Assembly: GCA_905479165.1 (NCBI GenBank)
Contig: CAJQLK010000042.1
Coordinates: 246-64,245 of the forward strand
Origin: an uncultured Flavobacteriales bacterium
GTDB lineage: Bacteria > Bacteroidota > Bacteroidia > Flavobacteriales > BACL11
Length of the DNA stretch: 64,000 nt
Direction of reading: 5' to 3'
Shown here: positions 37,553 through 46,716 of the stretch, in pieces
How the letters are laid out: every line of letters begins with the position of its first letter
How positions within the stretch are numbered: position 1 is the first letter of the stretch
Made by a program: the position numbers and the translations under genes
Notes under the pieces: generated by a model
What the model was told of the DNA's origin: nothing
The model's input: the letters and a program-made list of their open reading frames with translations, nothing else
Database searches by the model: none

Positions 37553-40315
37553 ATGAAAGAAGAAAAGAAATTATTTTTATTAGATGCTTTTGCTCTTATT
37601 TACAGAGCATATTTTGCTTTTGCAAAAAATCCTAGAATTAACTCTAAGGGATTAGATACCTCGGCAGTTTTTGGCTTTGTGAATACTTTAAATGAAGTGA
37701 TACGAAAGGAAAAACCAACTCATATTGCAGTTGTTTTTGATAGGCCAACTCCCACTCTTAGGCACATAGAATATCCAGAATATAAAGCTCATAGAGAAGC
37801 AATGCCTGATGGATTGCGTGATGCTTTGCCCTACATTGACAAGTTGTTGGAGGCATTTAATATTCCTAAACTGTATAAAGATGGGTTTGAGGCTGATGAT
37901 GTGATTGGAACTTTGGCAAAAAAAGCTGAAAAGGAAGGATTTAAAACTTATATGATGACTTCTGATAAGGACTTTGCTCAACTAGTATCTGAAAATATAT
38001 TTATGTATAGGCCAGGAAACAAATGGCAACCCACTGCAATTTGGGGTATCCCTGAGGTGCTTGAAAAATTTGACATTCAAAGAGTTGATCAGGTTATTGA
38101 CTACTTAGGCATGATGGGAGATGCATCTGATAATATCCCGGGAATTCCTGGAGTTGGGAAAAAAACAGCTCAGAAGTTTATTAAAGAGTACGGCTCAATG
38201 GAAGGTCTTTTTGAGAATACTGCTGATTTAAAAGGGAAGATGAAAGAGAAAGTTGAATCAGCAAAAGAAATTGGATTGCTTTGTAAAAAGTTAGCCACCA
38301 TAATTACAGATGTCCCAATTGAATTAGATGAAAAATCCTTGATTATATCTACTAGAAATGAAGAAAAGATAAAAGAACTTTTTGATGAGTTAGAATTTAA
38401 AACGCTTTTACAAAGGGTGCTTGCCTCCAACTCTTCTACTACAGTTTCTAATAAAGAAATTATTATTGTAAAGAAAGAAACAACTCCAACTTCTCAATTT
38501 GATTTATTTGAAGAACCAGTGGAGCAGCAGAAAAAAGCAACTCCAAAAAGCAATTTTAAATTAGCCACTAAGGAGACTTTAAATAACATTGTTGATGATA
38601 TTGAATATAATAAAAAGTTTTCTTTTAGCATTATTACAGATACAAATGATGCTTTAACTACAAAGTTAGCAGGAGTTTCTTGCAGTTATACTGATGATAA
38701 TGGATACTATATTCCATTTTCAGAACATAATATTAAGTATCTAAAATCAATTTTTGAAAATGAGAAAACCACTAAAATTGGATATGATTTAAAATTTGCA
38801 ATTAAGGTTTTAAGTAATCATAATATAAATTTAAAGGGAGCAATTTTTGATGTGCAAATTGCTCATTATTTATTGCATCCTGATATGCGACATTCCTTAG
38901 ATATTATTGCAGATAATTATTTAAATATAATCATGATTGAAGAACAATCTATAAGAGGAAAAGGGAAAACCAAAAGCTTAATTTCTGAAATTAATTTCGA
39001 TAATATATGTGATTTTGCAAGTGAAAAATCATCAGTAATATTTAATCTTGCTCCTATTTTTGAAAAAGAAATGAACGAAGTTGAGGTTTTTGATTTGTTT
39101 GAAAAAATTGAAATTCCTTTAACTAAAGTTCTTGCTAAAATGGAATTAGAAGGAATAGCTTTAGATGTTAAAATGCTACAGAATTATAGCACACAATTAA
39201 CATCTGAACTTCAATTGCTTGAGAATAAAATTCATCAGTTGGCTGACAAAGATTTTAATATCTCTTCTCCAAAACAAATGGGAGAGATTCTTTTTGAAAA
39301 ATTGGAGCTCAGTAAAAAACCTAAAAAAACAAAATCAGGCCAATACTCTACTTCAGAAGAAATTTTGCTAAAATTAAAAGATATACACCCAATTGTTGAC
39401 GAAATTCTGACTTTTAGAGGAGTTAAAAAGCTCCTTTCAACTTATGTTGATGCATTGCCAGTATTGGTTAATACTGAAACCAAAAGAATTCATTCTACTT
39501 TTAATCAGTCTGTAGCTTCAACTGGAAGATTGTCATCAGTAAATCCAAACATACAAAATATTCCTATTAGAACCAAAAGAGGGATGAAAGTCCGTGAGGC
39601 TTTTATTCCTAAAGATGAAAATTACACTTTAATGGCTGCTGATTACTCTCAAATTGAATTGAGGATTATGGCATCATTAAGTAAAGATGATGGTATGCTT
39701 ACTGCTTTTAATAATGGTGCTGATATTCATTCTGCTACTGCTGCAAAAGTCTTTAAAGTTGATATTAAGGATGTGGATAGAAACATGCGTTCGCAAGCTA
39801 AATCTGTAAATTTTGGAATTATTTATGGCATCTCAGCGTTTGGTCTTTCTCAGAATATTGGTGTTAGCCGTACTGAAGCAAAGGAGATAATTGATAATTA
39901 TTTTGAGCAATTTCCAAAAGTAAAAGATTATATGGATTGGTCAATAGAGCAGGCTCGTGAGAAAGAATATGTGGAAACTATTATGGGAAGAAGAAGGTAC
40001 TTAAAAGATATAAATGCTAGAAATGGCATGATAAGAGCTATGGCTGAACGAAATGCTATAAATGCGCCTATTCAAGGCTCAGCTGCTGATATTATAAAAA
40101 TTGCAATGATTAATATTCAGCAAGAAATGGAGCAAAGAGAGATGAAATCAAAAATGTTGTTACAAGTTCATGATGAACTGGTGTTTGATATGCATAATTC
40201 TGAATCTTCAGAACTAAAAACACTTGTAAAAGAGAAGATGGTACATGCAGTTAGTTTGCAAGTTCCTTTAATTGTTGATATTGGAGAAGGATTAAATTGG
40301 TTAGAAGCCCACTAA
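37553..40315 (+). CDS. polA: DNA polymerase I
   Basis: 920 aa. It has a 5'-3' exonuclease N-terminus (LLDAFALIYRAYFA), a 3'-5' exonuclease-like middle region, and pol motifs DYSQIELR and QVHDELVF. Confidence 0.95.
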   Translation: MKEEKKLFLLDAFALIYRAYFAFAKNPRINSKGLDTSAVFGFVNTLNEVIRKEKPTHIAVVFDRPTPTLRHIEYPEYKAHREAMPDGLRDALPYIDKLLEAFNIPKLYKDGFEADDVIGTLAKKAEKEGFKTYMMTSDKDFAQLVSENIFMYRPGNKWQPTAIWGIPEVLEKFDIQRVDQVIDYLGMMGDASDNIPGIPGVGKKTAQKFIKEYGSMEGLFENTADLKGKMKEKVESAKEIGLLCKKLATIITDVPIELDEKSLIISTRNEEKIKELFDELEFKTLLQRVLASNSSTTVSNKEIIIVKKETTPTSQFDLFEEPVEQQKKATPKSNFKLATKETLNNIVDDIEYNKKFSFSIITDTNDALTTKLAGVSCSYTDDNGYYIPFSEHNIKYLKSIFENEKTTKIGYDLKFAIKVLSNHNINLKGAIFDVQIAHYLLHPDMRHSLDIIADNYLNIIMIEEQSIRGKGKTKSLISEINFDNICDFASEKSSVIFNLAPIFEKEMNEVEVFDLFEKIEIPLTKVLAKMELEGIALDVKMLQNYSTQLTSELQLLENKIHQLADKDFNISSPKQMGEILFEKLELSKKPKKTKSGQYSTSEEILLKLKDIHPIVDEILTFRGVKKLLSTYVDALPVLVNTETKRIHSTFNQSVASTGRLSSVNPNIQNIPIRTKRGMKVREAFIPKDENYTLMAADYSQIELRIMASLSKDDGMLTAFNNGADIHSATAAKVFKVDIKDVDRNMRSQAKSVNFGIIYGISAFGLSQNIGVSRTEAKEIIDNYFEQFPKVKDYMDWSIEQAREKEYVETIMGRRRYLKDINARNGMIRAMAERNAINAPIQGSAADIIKIAMINIQQEMEQREMKSKMLLQVHDELVFDMHNSESSELKTLVKEKMVHAVSLQVPLIVDIGEGLNWLEAH

Positions 40316-40317
40316 AT

Positions 40318-40527
40318 CTATTTCTTTTTAAAAAGTAAGAATAAAGCCACTATTGCAATCACCCCAATAAAAGCAGAACCCGCCTCTTGAATGTTGCCAA
40401 CAGGGTCCCATCCTAATAAGCTCTCGCCTAATAATAATTGAACTATCACACCAATACACAGAAAGGACAATGCTATAGATATAGCTCCAATTATTTTTTC
40501 CTGTAGTGATTTAAAGAATTCAGTCAT
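40318..40527 (-). CDS. Small two-TM membrane protein, paralog A (69 aa)
   Basis: TM1, then LLGESLLGWDPVGNI, then TM2. It shares the G-x4-G-x-D-x2-GNI linker with the neighbouring gene. Confidence 0.5.
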   Translation of the reverse strand: MTEFFKSLQEKIIGAISIALSFLCIGVIVQLLLGESLLGWDPVGNIQEAGSAFIGVIAIVALFLLFKKK

Positions 40528-40546
40528 AATGATTTTTGAGTTTAAT

Positions 40547-40577
40547 AAAATAGCCCCACTAATGTAGGGCTATTTTT
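40547..40577 (-). terminator. Hairpin / probable terminator between the two small membrane-protein genes
   Basis: The minus-strand RNA reads UAGCCCUAC-AUUA-GUGGGGCUA followed by UUUUAUU. The stem core is the same as in the hairpin at 7895-7927. Confidence 0.5.
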
Positions 40578-40597
40578 AATAGTTGATCAAAGGTAAA

Positions 40598-40825
40598 TTA
40601 TTTACCTGAGATTAAGCTCCAAACGATCAAGATTCCGATCAAACCTACAAATCCTTCAGCAGCTAATCCATTAATAACACCTACAATGTTACCAATAACA
40701 TCTAATCCCATGAAGCCATCTGCTCCAAAAAGGAAAGTTACTGTAATTGCAAGACCTAATACGGTCATAATTAATCCCATTAGTCCTTTAAAGAACCCGT
40801 TCATGTACTTAAATACTGCATCCAT
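40598..40825 (-). CDS. Small two-TM membrane protein, paralog B (75 aa from ATG 40825)
   Basis: TM1, then LFGADGFMGLDVIGNI, then TM2. The ORF-track TTG start at 40858 lies inside a TAAGTTTG box, so the ATG at 40825 is preferred. Confidence 0.5.
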   Translation of the reverse strand: MDAVFKYMNGFFKGLMGLIMTVLGLAITVTFLFGADGFMGLDVIGNIVGVINGLAAEGFVGLIGILIVWSLISGK

Positions 40826-40855
40826 AATATAAAATAATTTGGTTAATACTGATGC

Positions 40856-40863
40856 CAAACTTA
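40856..40863 (-). promoter_or_regulatory. -7 promoter box TAAGTTTG for the small membrane-protein gene(s)
   Basis: Exact TAnnTTTG on the minus strand, 30 nt before the ATG at 40825. Confidence 0.35.
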
Positions 40864-41119
40864 GAATTTAAATTGCTTCAAACTAAATATTTGCAATTAA
40901 ATCTTTCATTTTAATAATTTTTCTAAATACATCTATTTTGGATAAATATTATGTTTTTAACTATATGTAAATCAATTATATATGCGTAATAATTTGATAA
41001 TCAATATTATATAAAAAACACCTTTATAAACACAGAAATGTTAAGAATTGATTAAGAGTGTAAGTTATTGATTTTCATTGATAAAGGATGAAATATGACT
41101 AATATGGATGCTAAAATGA

Positions 41120-41827
41120 CTAATTTATACTAACATCTCTAATTGATAGTATATTTTGATTAAATTTATTGCTATTTTTGATAATATGTAACAACTTTTG
41201 GGCTACTATATTGGTGTTTTCTAGCTCATTTTGGGTGTAATAGTCTGTAAATTTGCTTAAAAGTGGGAAGTTTTTGGGATCAGAATTCCTTATTTCTGAC
41301 TGCATATTGGTATCTACTACTCCTGGATGAACAGAAAAAACGGTTAGATTTTTATGATTTTCCTCTGCAATTACCCTTGTTAGCATATCTAGTGCAGACT
41401 TAGTGGCGCAATAAGTACTCCAAGAATGAATAGGGCTATTGGCTGCTCCTGAACTAATATTTATCAATAGCTTTTTATCCTCAGGATAAGTAGTTATGAA
41501 TTTCTTACATAGTATCGTAGGAGCAACTAAGTTAATGAAGTATTCCTGAATGATATTGCGCGTTTCTTTTTTATCGAAAGGGACAATGCTACCAATAGTG
41601 GCCGCATTATTTATAAGTAAAATATCTTTCTGGCTCTCCTTTGGAAATTGTAATTGCTTAACAGCATCCAAATTACTCAGGTCAATTTTGGTAAAGGAAA
41701 AGTTAGGATGCTTAATTTTATTAGTACGGGAATATCCAAATACTAGATAACTCTGCTTTAATAGTAATTCAGCTATAGCCTTACCTATACCACCACCTGT
41801 ACCTGTTATGAGTGCAACTTTTTGCAC
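41120..41827 (-). CDS. Short-chain dehydrogenase/reductase (classical SDR)
   Basis: 235 aa. It has TGTGGGIG, NNAA and the catalytic YCATK. Its start abuts the stop of the upstream PLP enzyme gene. Confidence 0.8.
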   Translation of the reverse strand: MQKVALITGTGGGIGKAIAELLLKQSYLVFGYSRTNKIKHPNFSFTKIDLSNLDAVKQLQFPKESQKDILLINNAATIGSIVPFDKKETRNIIQEYFINLVAPTILCKKFITTYPEDKKLLINISSGAANSPIHSWSTYCATKSALDMLTRVIAEENHKNLTVFSVHPGVVDTNMQSEIRNSDPKNFPLLSKFTDYYTQNELENTNIVAQKLLHIIKNSNKFNQNILSIRDVSIN

Positions 41828-42973
41828 TTATAGTTTTGCTAGGGCTTGTTCCAAGTCAGTAACTAAATCCTCAATGTCTTCAATACCTACTGATAAACGG
41901 ATTAAAGAATCTACCACACCTGTTTTTTCTCTTTCTTCTTTCGGAATTGCAGCATGTGTCATACTTGCAGGATGTCCGCATAAGGATTCTACTCCCCCTA
42001 AACTCTCAGCTAATGTAAAATAATGAGTTGAGGAAACAACCTTAATTGCATCTGCTAATTTATTACCTACTATATTAAATGATACCATTCCTCCAAAATC
42101 ATCCATTTGTTTTGTAGCGATTTCATGATTTGGGTGCGATTCAAATCCTGGCCAGTATACTTCACCAACTTTCGGATGACCCTTTAAGAAGTTAGCAATA
42201 ACTTTTCCGTTTTCACAATGTCTTTGCATCCTTAGGTGTAAGGTTTTAATTCCTCTTAGTACTAAGAAAGAATCCATAGGGCCTGGTACAGCTCCACAAG
42301 AATTTTGAATAAAGTATAATCTTTCCGCTAAAGCTTCATCCTTACAGATTGCTGCTCCCATTACCACATCAGAATGACCACCCATATATTTAGTTAGTGA
42401 GTGCATAACGATATCAGCCCCTAAATCCAAAGGTCTTTGTAAGTAAGGAGTGGCAAAGGTGTTGTCTACCACAAAAATAAGGTCATGCTTTTTTGAGATA
42501 GCGCCTAAGCTTTCAATATCAATAATGTTTAGCATTGGGTTAGTTGGTGTTTCTGCCCAAATCATTTTAGTGTTCTCATTAATATAAGACTCAACTTTAT
42601 CCGCATTATCCATTCCTATGAAATGGAACTTAATTCCATAAAATTCAAATATCTTAGTGAAGATACGGTAAGTACCTCCGTACAAGTCGTTAGTTGATAT
42701 TACCTCATCACCAGGTGATAGTAATTTGATGATTGCATCAATTGCTCCAAGTCCACTTCCGAAACATAAACCATGCGTACCATTTTCCAAAGCAGCCAAG
42801 TTTTTTTCCAAAGCACTTCTTGTTGGGTTACCAGTTCGGGAATATTCATATCCTTTATGATCTCCAGGAGAAGCTTGTATATAAGTTGAAGTTTGGTAGA
42901 TTGGTGTCATTATTGCCCCCGTAGTTGGGTCAGGCTCCTGTCCTGCATGTATAGTTTTAGTTCCGAATTTCAT
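41828..42973 (-). CDS. Cys/Met-metabolism PLP-dependent enzyme (cystathionine gamma-lyase / gamma-synthase / beta-lyase family)
   Basis: 381 aa. The PLP lysine is in HSLTKYMGGHSD, and the N-terminal and C-terminal segments (RLSVGIED) are typical. Confidence 0.85.
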   Translation of the reverse strand: MKFGTKTIHAGQEPDPTTGAIMTPIYQTSTYIQASPGDHKGYEYSRTGNPTRSALEKNLAALENGTHGLCFGSGLGAIDAIIKLLSPGDEVISTNDLYGGTYRIFTKIFEFYGIKFHFIGMDNADKVESYINENTKMIWAETPTNPMLNIIDIESLGAISKKHDLIFVVDNTFATPYLQRPLDLGADIVMHSLTKYMGGHSDVVMGAAICKDEALAERLYFIQNSCGAVPGPMDSFLVLRGIKTLHLRMQRHCENGKVIANFLKGHPKVGEVYWPGFESHPNHEIATKQMDDFGGMVSFNIVGNKLADAIKVVSSTHYFTLAESLGGVESLCGHPASMTHAAIPKEEREKTGVVDSLIRLSVGIEDIEDLVTDLEQALAKL

Positions 42974-43004
42974 TATTCTAATTTTTGATATTATTTACTT
43001 TTAG

Positions 43005-43012
43005 CAAAAGTA
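43005..43012 (-). promoter_or_regulatory. -7 promoter box TACTTTTG for the trans-sulfuration/SDR operon
   Basis: Exact TAnnTTTG on the minus strand, 31 nt before the ATG at 42973. It is part of a 14-nt inverted repeat with the divergent promoter. Confidence 0.45.
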
Positions 43013-43035
43013 TTAAAAGTTGGAGTAATTAATTT

Positions 43036-43043
43036 TACTTTTG
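43036..43043 (+). promoter_or_regulatory. -7 promoter box TACTTTTG for the EamA transporter gene
   Basis: Exact TAnnTTTG. The ORF-track TTG start (43041) lies inside the box, so the TTG at 43059 is a more likely start. Confidence 0.45.
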
Positions 43044-43949
43044 CTAAAAATTAATCCATTGAATAAAATAGTATTAGCCCATATTTCTTTGTTTGTAGCA
43101 AATTTAATTTATGCTGTGAATTATACTTTTGCAAAGGATGTAATGCCTGATTTTATCCAGCCTTCAGGTTTTATTTTATTAAGGGTTACTGGGGCAATTA
43201 TATTGTTTTCGCTTTTCTATTTTTTATTTGTTAATGAAAAAGTAGAAAAGAAAGATATTATCCGTTTGGCAATATGCGGAATATTTGGAGTTGCTATTAA
43301 TCAATTGTTATTTTTTGAAGGATTGAATTTAACTACCCCAATTAATGCCGCTATTATTATGACGATTAATCCTGTATTGGTTATAATAATGTCAGCTCTT
43401 ATTTTGTTTGAAAAAATAAATATCAGAAAAGGAATTGGGATAGCATTGGGTTTGATTGGCGCTTCCACCTTAATACTAAACGGAGGGGATGTAAGTGGTA
43501 ACATTAATTTTATGCTGGGTAATATGTTTGTTTTTATTAATGCAGCAAGTTATGGTTTGTACTTGGTATTGGTAAAGCCATTAATGCAGAAATACCACCC
43601 AATAACGGTTATGTTTTATGTGTTTGGTTTTGGGCTATTGTATGTATTGCCCTTTGGTTATACTGAACTGTTGGCTGTTGATTGGGTGAGTTTTCCGACA
43701 ATAATTATTTGGGAGGTGCTATTCGTAGTGGTGTGTACTACTGTTATTGCTTACTTATTAAACTCATCAGCATTAAAATTACTTAACCCTTCCACAGTAA
43801 GTATTTATATTTATTTGCAACCGGTATTAGCTACACTATTTGCGATATTTAGGGGTTCTGACAGCTTAGATGAAATGAAAATTATTGCAGCAGTTATTAT
43901 TTTTGTTGGGGTGTATTTGGTAAGTGTTCGTTCTGTAAAGACAAGATAG
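43041..43949 (+). CDS. EamA/DMT-family transporter (10 TM). The true start is probably the TTG at 43059.
   Basis: 302 aa with two EamA-like repeats of hydrophobic helices. Confidence 0.8.
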   Translation: MLKINPLNKIVLAHISLFVANLIYAVNYTFAKDVMPDFIQPSGFILLRVTGAIILFSLFYFLFVNEKVEKKDIIRLAICGIFGVAINQLLFFEGLNLTTPINAAIIMTINPVLVIIMSALILFEKINIRKGIGIALGLIGASTLILNGGDVSGNINFMLGNMFVFINAASYGLYLVLVKPLMQKYHPITVMFYVFGFGLLYVLPFGYTELLAVDWVSFPTIIIWEVLFVVVCTTVIAYLLNSSALKLLNPSTVSIYIYLQPVLATLFAIFRGSDSLDEMKIIAAVIIFVGVYLVSVRSVKTR

Positions 43950-43960
43950 TATAAAATTCA

Positions 43961-43968
43961 TAAATTTG
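43961..43968 (+). promoter_or_regulatory. -7 promoter box TAAATTTG for yicC-gmk-nadD
   Basis: Exact TAnnTTTG, 16 nt before the ATG at 43985. Confidence 0.45.
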
Positions 43969-43984
43969 CAAAAAATATTTTCTG

Positions 43985-44890
43985 ATGATTCAATCAATGA
44001 CGGGCTATGGTAAAGCCGAATTAAACTTAACAAATGCTAACTTTACTATTGAAGTAAGGTCGCTTAATTCTAAACAAATTGATGCCAATGTAAAAATGTC
44101 ATCTGTTTACAGAGATAAAGAAATTGGACTAAGAAAACTACTTTCTGAAAAATTACAAAGAGGGAAAATTGAACTTTCTATTTGGAGAGAAAAATCAGAA
44201 TCGAATACAAACTATAAAGTAAATACTGAAGTAATTAAAGATTACCACAATCAGGTTCTGCAATTAAAAAAGGATTTAGGATTGAAATGGAATATGTGGA
44301 CAATGACTCCTTTTTCAGCTAAATCATCTGATATACTTCCAACACTTTTAAAAATGCCAGAGGCATTGATAAAAGGAGAGGAAAAAGCAAATGATAATGA
44401 GTGGGATGAAATTGCAAAAGGGATTGATATTGCGATTGAAAACATTTTGCAATTCCGAATGGAAGAAGGTAAAAAATTAGAGGAAGATATTACTACTAGA
44501 ATTAATACTTTATCAAGATTATTAACTGAAATTCTTCCTTTTGGAAAGGGTAGAATTGAGAAGGTAAAGAAAAGCCTAGCAGATAAATTAGCAGAAATAG
44601 ATACTAAGAATATTGATAAAAACAGGTTTGAACAAGAACTTATCTATTACTTAGAAAAACAAGATATAACGGAAGAGCAAGTAAGGTTAGATGCACATTT
44701 GAGTTACTTTTTAGAAACTATGAAAACAGATTCTCCTAATGGAAAGAAACTTGGTTTTATAGGACAAGAAATAGGTAGAGAGATAAATACTATCGGATCA
44801 AAATCATCAGATGCAGAAATGCAGAAGATTGTGGTGCAAATGAAAGATGAATTAGAGAAAATTAAGGAGCAATTATTAAACATATTGTAG
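43985..44890 (+). CDS. yicC: YicC/YloC-family protein (stress-induced; putative endoribonuclease)
   Basis: 301 aa. It starts MIQSMTGYG, and the C-terminal DUF1732 region is GFIGQEIGREINTIGSK. Confidence 0.88.
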   Translation: MIQSMTGYGKAELNLTNANFTIEVRSLNSKQIDANVKMSSVYRDKEIGLRKLLSEKLQRGKIELSIWREKSESNTNYKVNTEVIKDYHNQVLQLKKDLGLKWNMWTMTPFSAKSSDILPTLLKMPEALIKGEEKANDNEWDEIAKGIDIAIENILQFRMEEGKKLEEDITTRINTLSRLLTEILPFGKGRIEKVKKSLADKLAEIDTKNIDKNRFEQELIYYLEKQDITEEQVRLDAHLSYFLETMKTDSPNGKKLGFIGQEIGREINTIGSKSSDAEMQKIVVQMKDELEKIKEQLLNIL

Positions 44891-45454
44891 GTGGGAAAAC
44901 TTATTGTTATATCAGCTCCATCAGGAGCAGGAAAAACTAGTATTGTTCATCATTTACTTAAAAATATGCCTGAACTTTCTTTCTCAGTTTCTGCTTGTAG
45001 CCGTGAAAAAAGAGATAATGAAACACATGGAAAAGATTATTATTTTTTAGGTGTTGAGGGTTTTCAAGATAAGATAAAAGAAGCTGCGTTCTTAGAATGG
45101 GAACAGGTTTATGAAAATCAGTATTATGGAACTTTAAAATCAGAGATTGAAAGAATTTGGAGTGAAGGAAAAACTGTAATTTTTGATGTTGATGTGATAG
45201 GGGGAGTGAATATAAAAAAGCAATATCCTAAAGAATGTTTATCACTTTTCATTATGCCTCCATCAGTTGATGTTTTAAGGGAAAGATTAAGTGGTAGAGG
45301 AACAGAATCAGAAGCAAAATTAGAGATGCGTTTAGAAAAGGCAGAGCAGGAAATTTTAAAAAACCAGGAGTTTGATAAGGTAATTTTAAATGATGATTTT
45401 GGGATAGCTTGTGAAGAAACTATGGCAGTAATTACTAATTTTATAAACTCATAA
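44891..45454 (+). CDS. gmk: Guanylate kinase
   Basis: 187 aa with a GTG start directly after the yicC stop. It has the P-loop SAPSGAGKTS and Y..YGT. Confidence 0.9.
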   Translation: MGKLIVISAPSGAGKTSIVHHLLKNMPELSFSVSACSREKRDNETHGKDYYFLGVEGFQDKIKEAAFLEWEQVYENQYYGTLKSEIERIWSEGKTVIFDVDVIGGVNIKKQYPKECLSLFIMPPSVDVLRERLSGRGTESEAKLEMRLEKAEQEILKNQEFDKVILNDDFGIACEETMAVITNFINS

Positions 45455-45455
45455 A

Positions 45456-46025
45456 ATGAAAATTGGCCTGTTTTTTGGAAGCTTTAATCCCATGCATGTG
45501 GGGCATAAAGTTATCGCTTCTTATTTGGCAGAATTTTCAGCTTTAGAAAAGGTAATGTTTGTGGTTTCTCCTCAAAATCCCTTTAAAGAAAAAAACAGTT
45601 TACTGGACCAAAATCACAGACTTCAGATTATTAGGACTGAAGTGTATGATAACAATAAACTTGATGTTACCGATATTGAATTTAGTATGCCACAACCTTC
45701 TTATACCATTGATACTTTGGTGCGCTTGAAAGAAGATTATCCAGAAAATGAGTATTCGCTTATTATAGGGGCTGATAACTTACAGAACTTTCATAAGTGG
45801 AAAAATTATGAGCAAATTTTGGAGGATTACTCAATTTATGTGTATCCAAGGCCAGGTTTTGAAATTAATGGTTCTCATAAAAACATACATATTGTAAATG
45901 GTGTTCCTCAAATGGAAATTTCAGCTTCTTTTATTAGAAATTCTATAAAAGACAGAAAGGATGTATCGTATTTAATGCCGGAGAAAGCTTGGAAATATAC
46001 AGATGAAATGAATTTTTATAAATAA
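45456..46025 (+). CDS. nadD: Nicotinate-nucleotide adenylyltransferase
   Basis: 189 aa. It has GSFNPMHVGH and the ISAS/ISSTxIR-like motif (EISASFIRNSI). Confidence 0.9.
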   Translation: MKIGLFFGSFNPMHVGHKVIASYLAEFSALEKVMFVVSPQNPFKEKNSLLDQNHRLQIIRTEVYDNNKLDVTDIEFSMPQPSYTIDTLVRLKEDYPENEYSLIIGADNLQNFHKWKNYEQILEDYSIYVYPRPGFEINGSHKNIHIVNGVPQMEISASFIRNSIKDRKDVSYLMPEKAWKYTDEMNFYK

Positions 46026-46067
46026 AGATAGTTGACGGTTACTAGTTTGTACTCATTAGAGAAAAAC

Positions 46068-46499
46068 ATGAAAAAAAATAGTATAGATAAAAAAAGATAC
46101 GCTCTTCTAAAAATAGGGGGTGCGTTACTGATGTTTATTTTCATACTTTCATCTTGCACTATACAAATGAAGATAGATGTTTCTTCTGATGAAAAGGAGA
46201 AAAGTGGCATGAAAATTTTGGTTGAAAACACAGAGCAAAAAGAATACATAGGTTGGTGGGTGTATGGAGAGGGGCAACATATTTTTAAAGATGAACAAAC
46301 TCTTGAAGAATATGATATGGAATTCCCAAATGAGAATATGCAAGAATTAATTGAGCTTTACTTGGCAGTTTGTGAAATGGAATATTTCCCTATGGAGTGT
46401 AAAATGACCGGCCATCTAAAAAAAGAATTAGCAGAAAAACAAACTACCTTAATAGTTTCGGACTTTGAAATACTATACATACAAGGCTGTGGGGAGTAG
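46068..46499 (+). CDS. Hypothetical lipoprotein
   Basis: It begins MKKNSIDKKRYALLKIGGALLMFIFILSSC, which contains a lipobox. I do not recognise a family. Confidence 0.55.
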   Translation: MKKNSIDKKRYALLKIGGALLMFIFILSSCTIQMKIDVSSDEKEKSGMKILVENTEQKEYIGWWVYGEGQHIFKDEQTLEEYDMEFPNENMQELIELYLAVCEMEYFPMECKMTGHLKKELAEKQTTLIVSDFEILYIQGCGE

Positions 46500-46716
46500 A
46501 GAACAACAACCAAATAACCCTTTGCATGCAAAAAGATTAGTTGATATCCTTGAATTTCTGGTAGCAGAATATGGCTGGGAAGAACTAGGAAACGAGATAA
46601 GAATTAATTGCTTTATCACTAATCCATCTATCAAATCAAGCCTAAAGTTTTTAAGAAGAACTGAGTGGGCAAGAAAAAAAGTAGAACAACTTTATTTGAA
46701 TACTACCAGACAATAG
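46489..46716 (+). CDS. VF530/DUF2132-family small protein
   Basis: It reads NPLHAKRLVDILEFLVAEYGWEELG..INCF..NPSIKSSLKFLRRTEWARKKVEQLYL, which matches my memory of DUF2132. The start is uncertain: GTG at 46489 or the upstream ATG at 46465. Confidence 0.65.
   Translation: MGSREQQPNNPLHAKRLVDILEFLVAEYGWEELGNEIRINCFITNPSIKSSLKFLRRTEWARKKVEQLYLNTTRQ

Noticed and set aside
40859-41119. 261-bp extremely AT-rich non-coding stretch upstream of the small membrane-protein genes, examined for an sRNA, small ORFs or repeats.
   Set aside because: Only trivial ORFs (about 12 codons or fewer) and no convincing stem-loops or repeats were found. Apart from the TAAGTTTG box at its edge, nothing stands out. 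It is probably just a promoter/UP-like region.
42974-43040. SAM or other Met-responsive riboswitch upstream of the cystathionine lyase/synthase-family gene.
   Set aside because: There are only 67 bp of intergenic DNA, occupied by the two divergent -7 boxes. There is no room for an aptamer.
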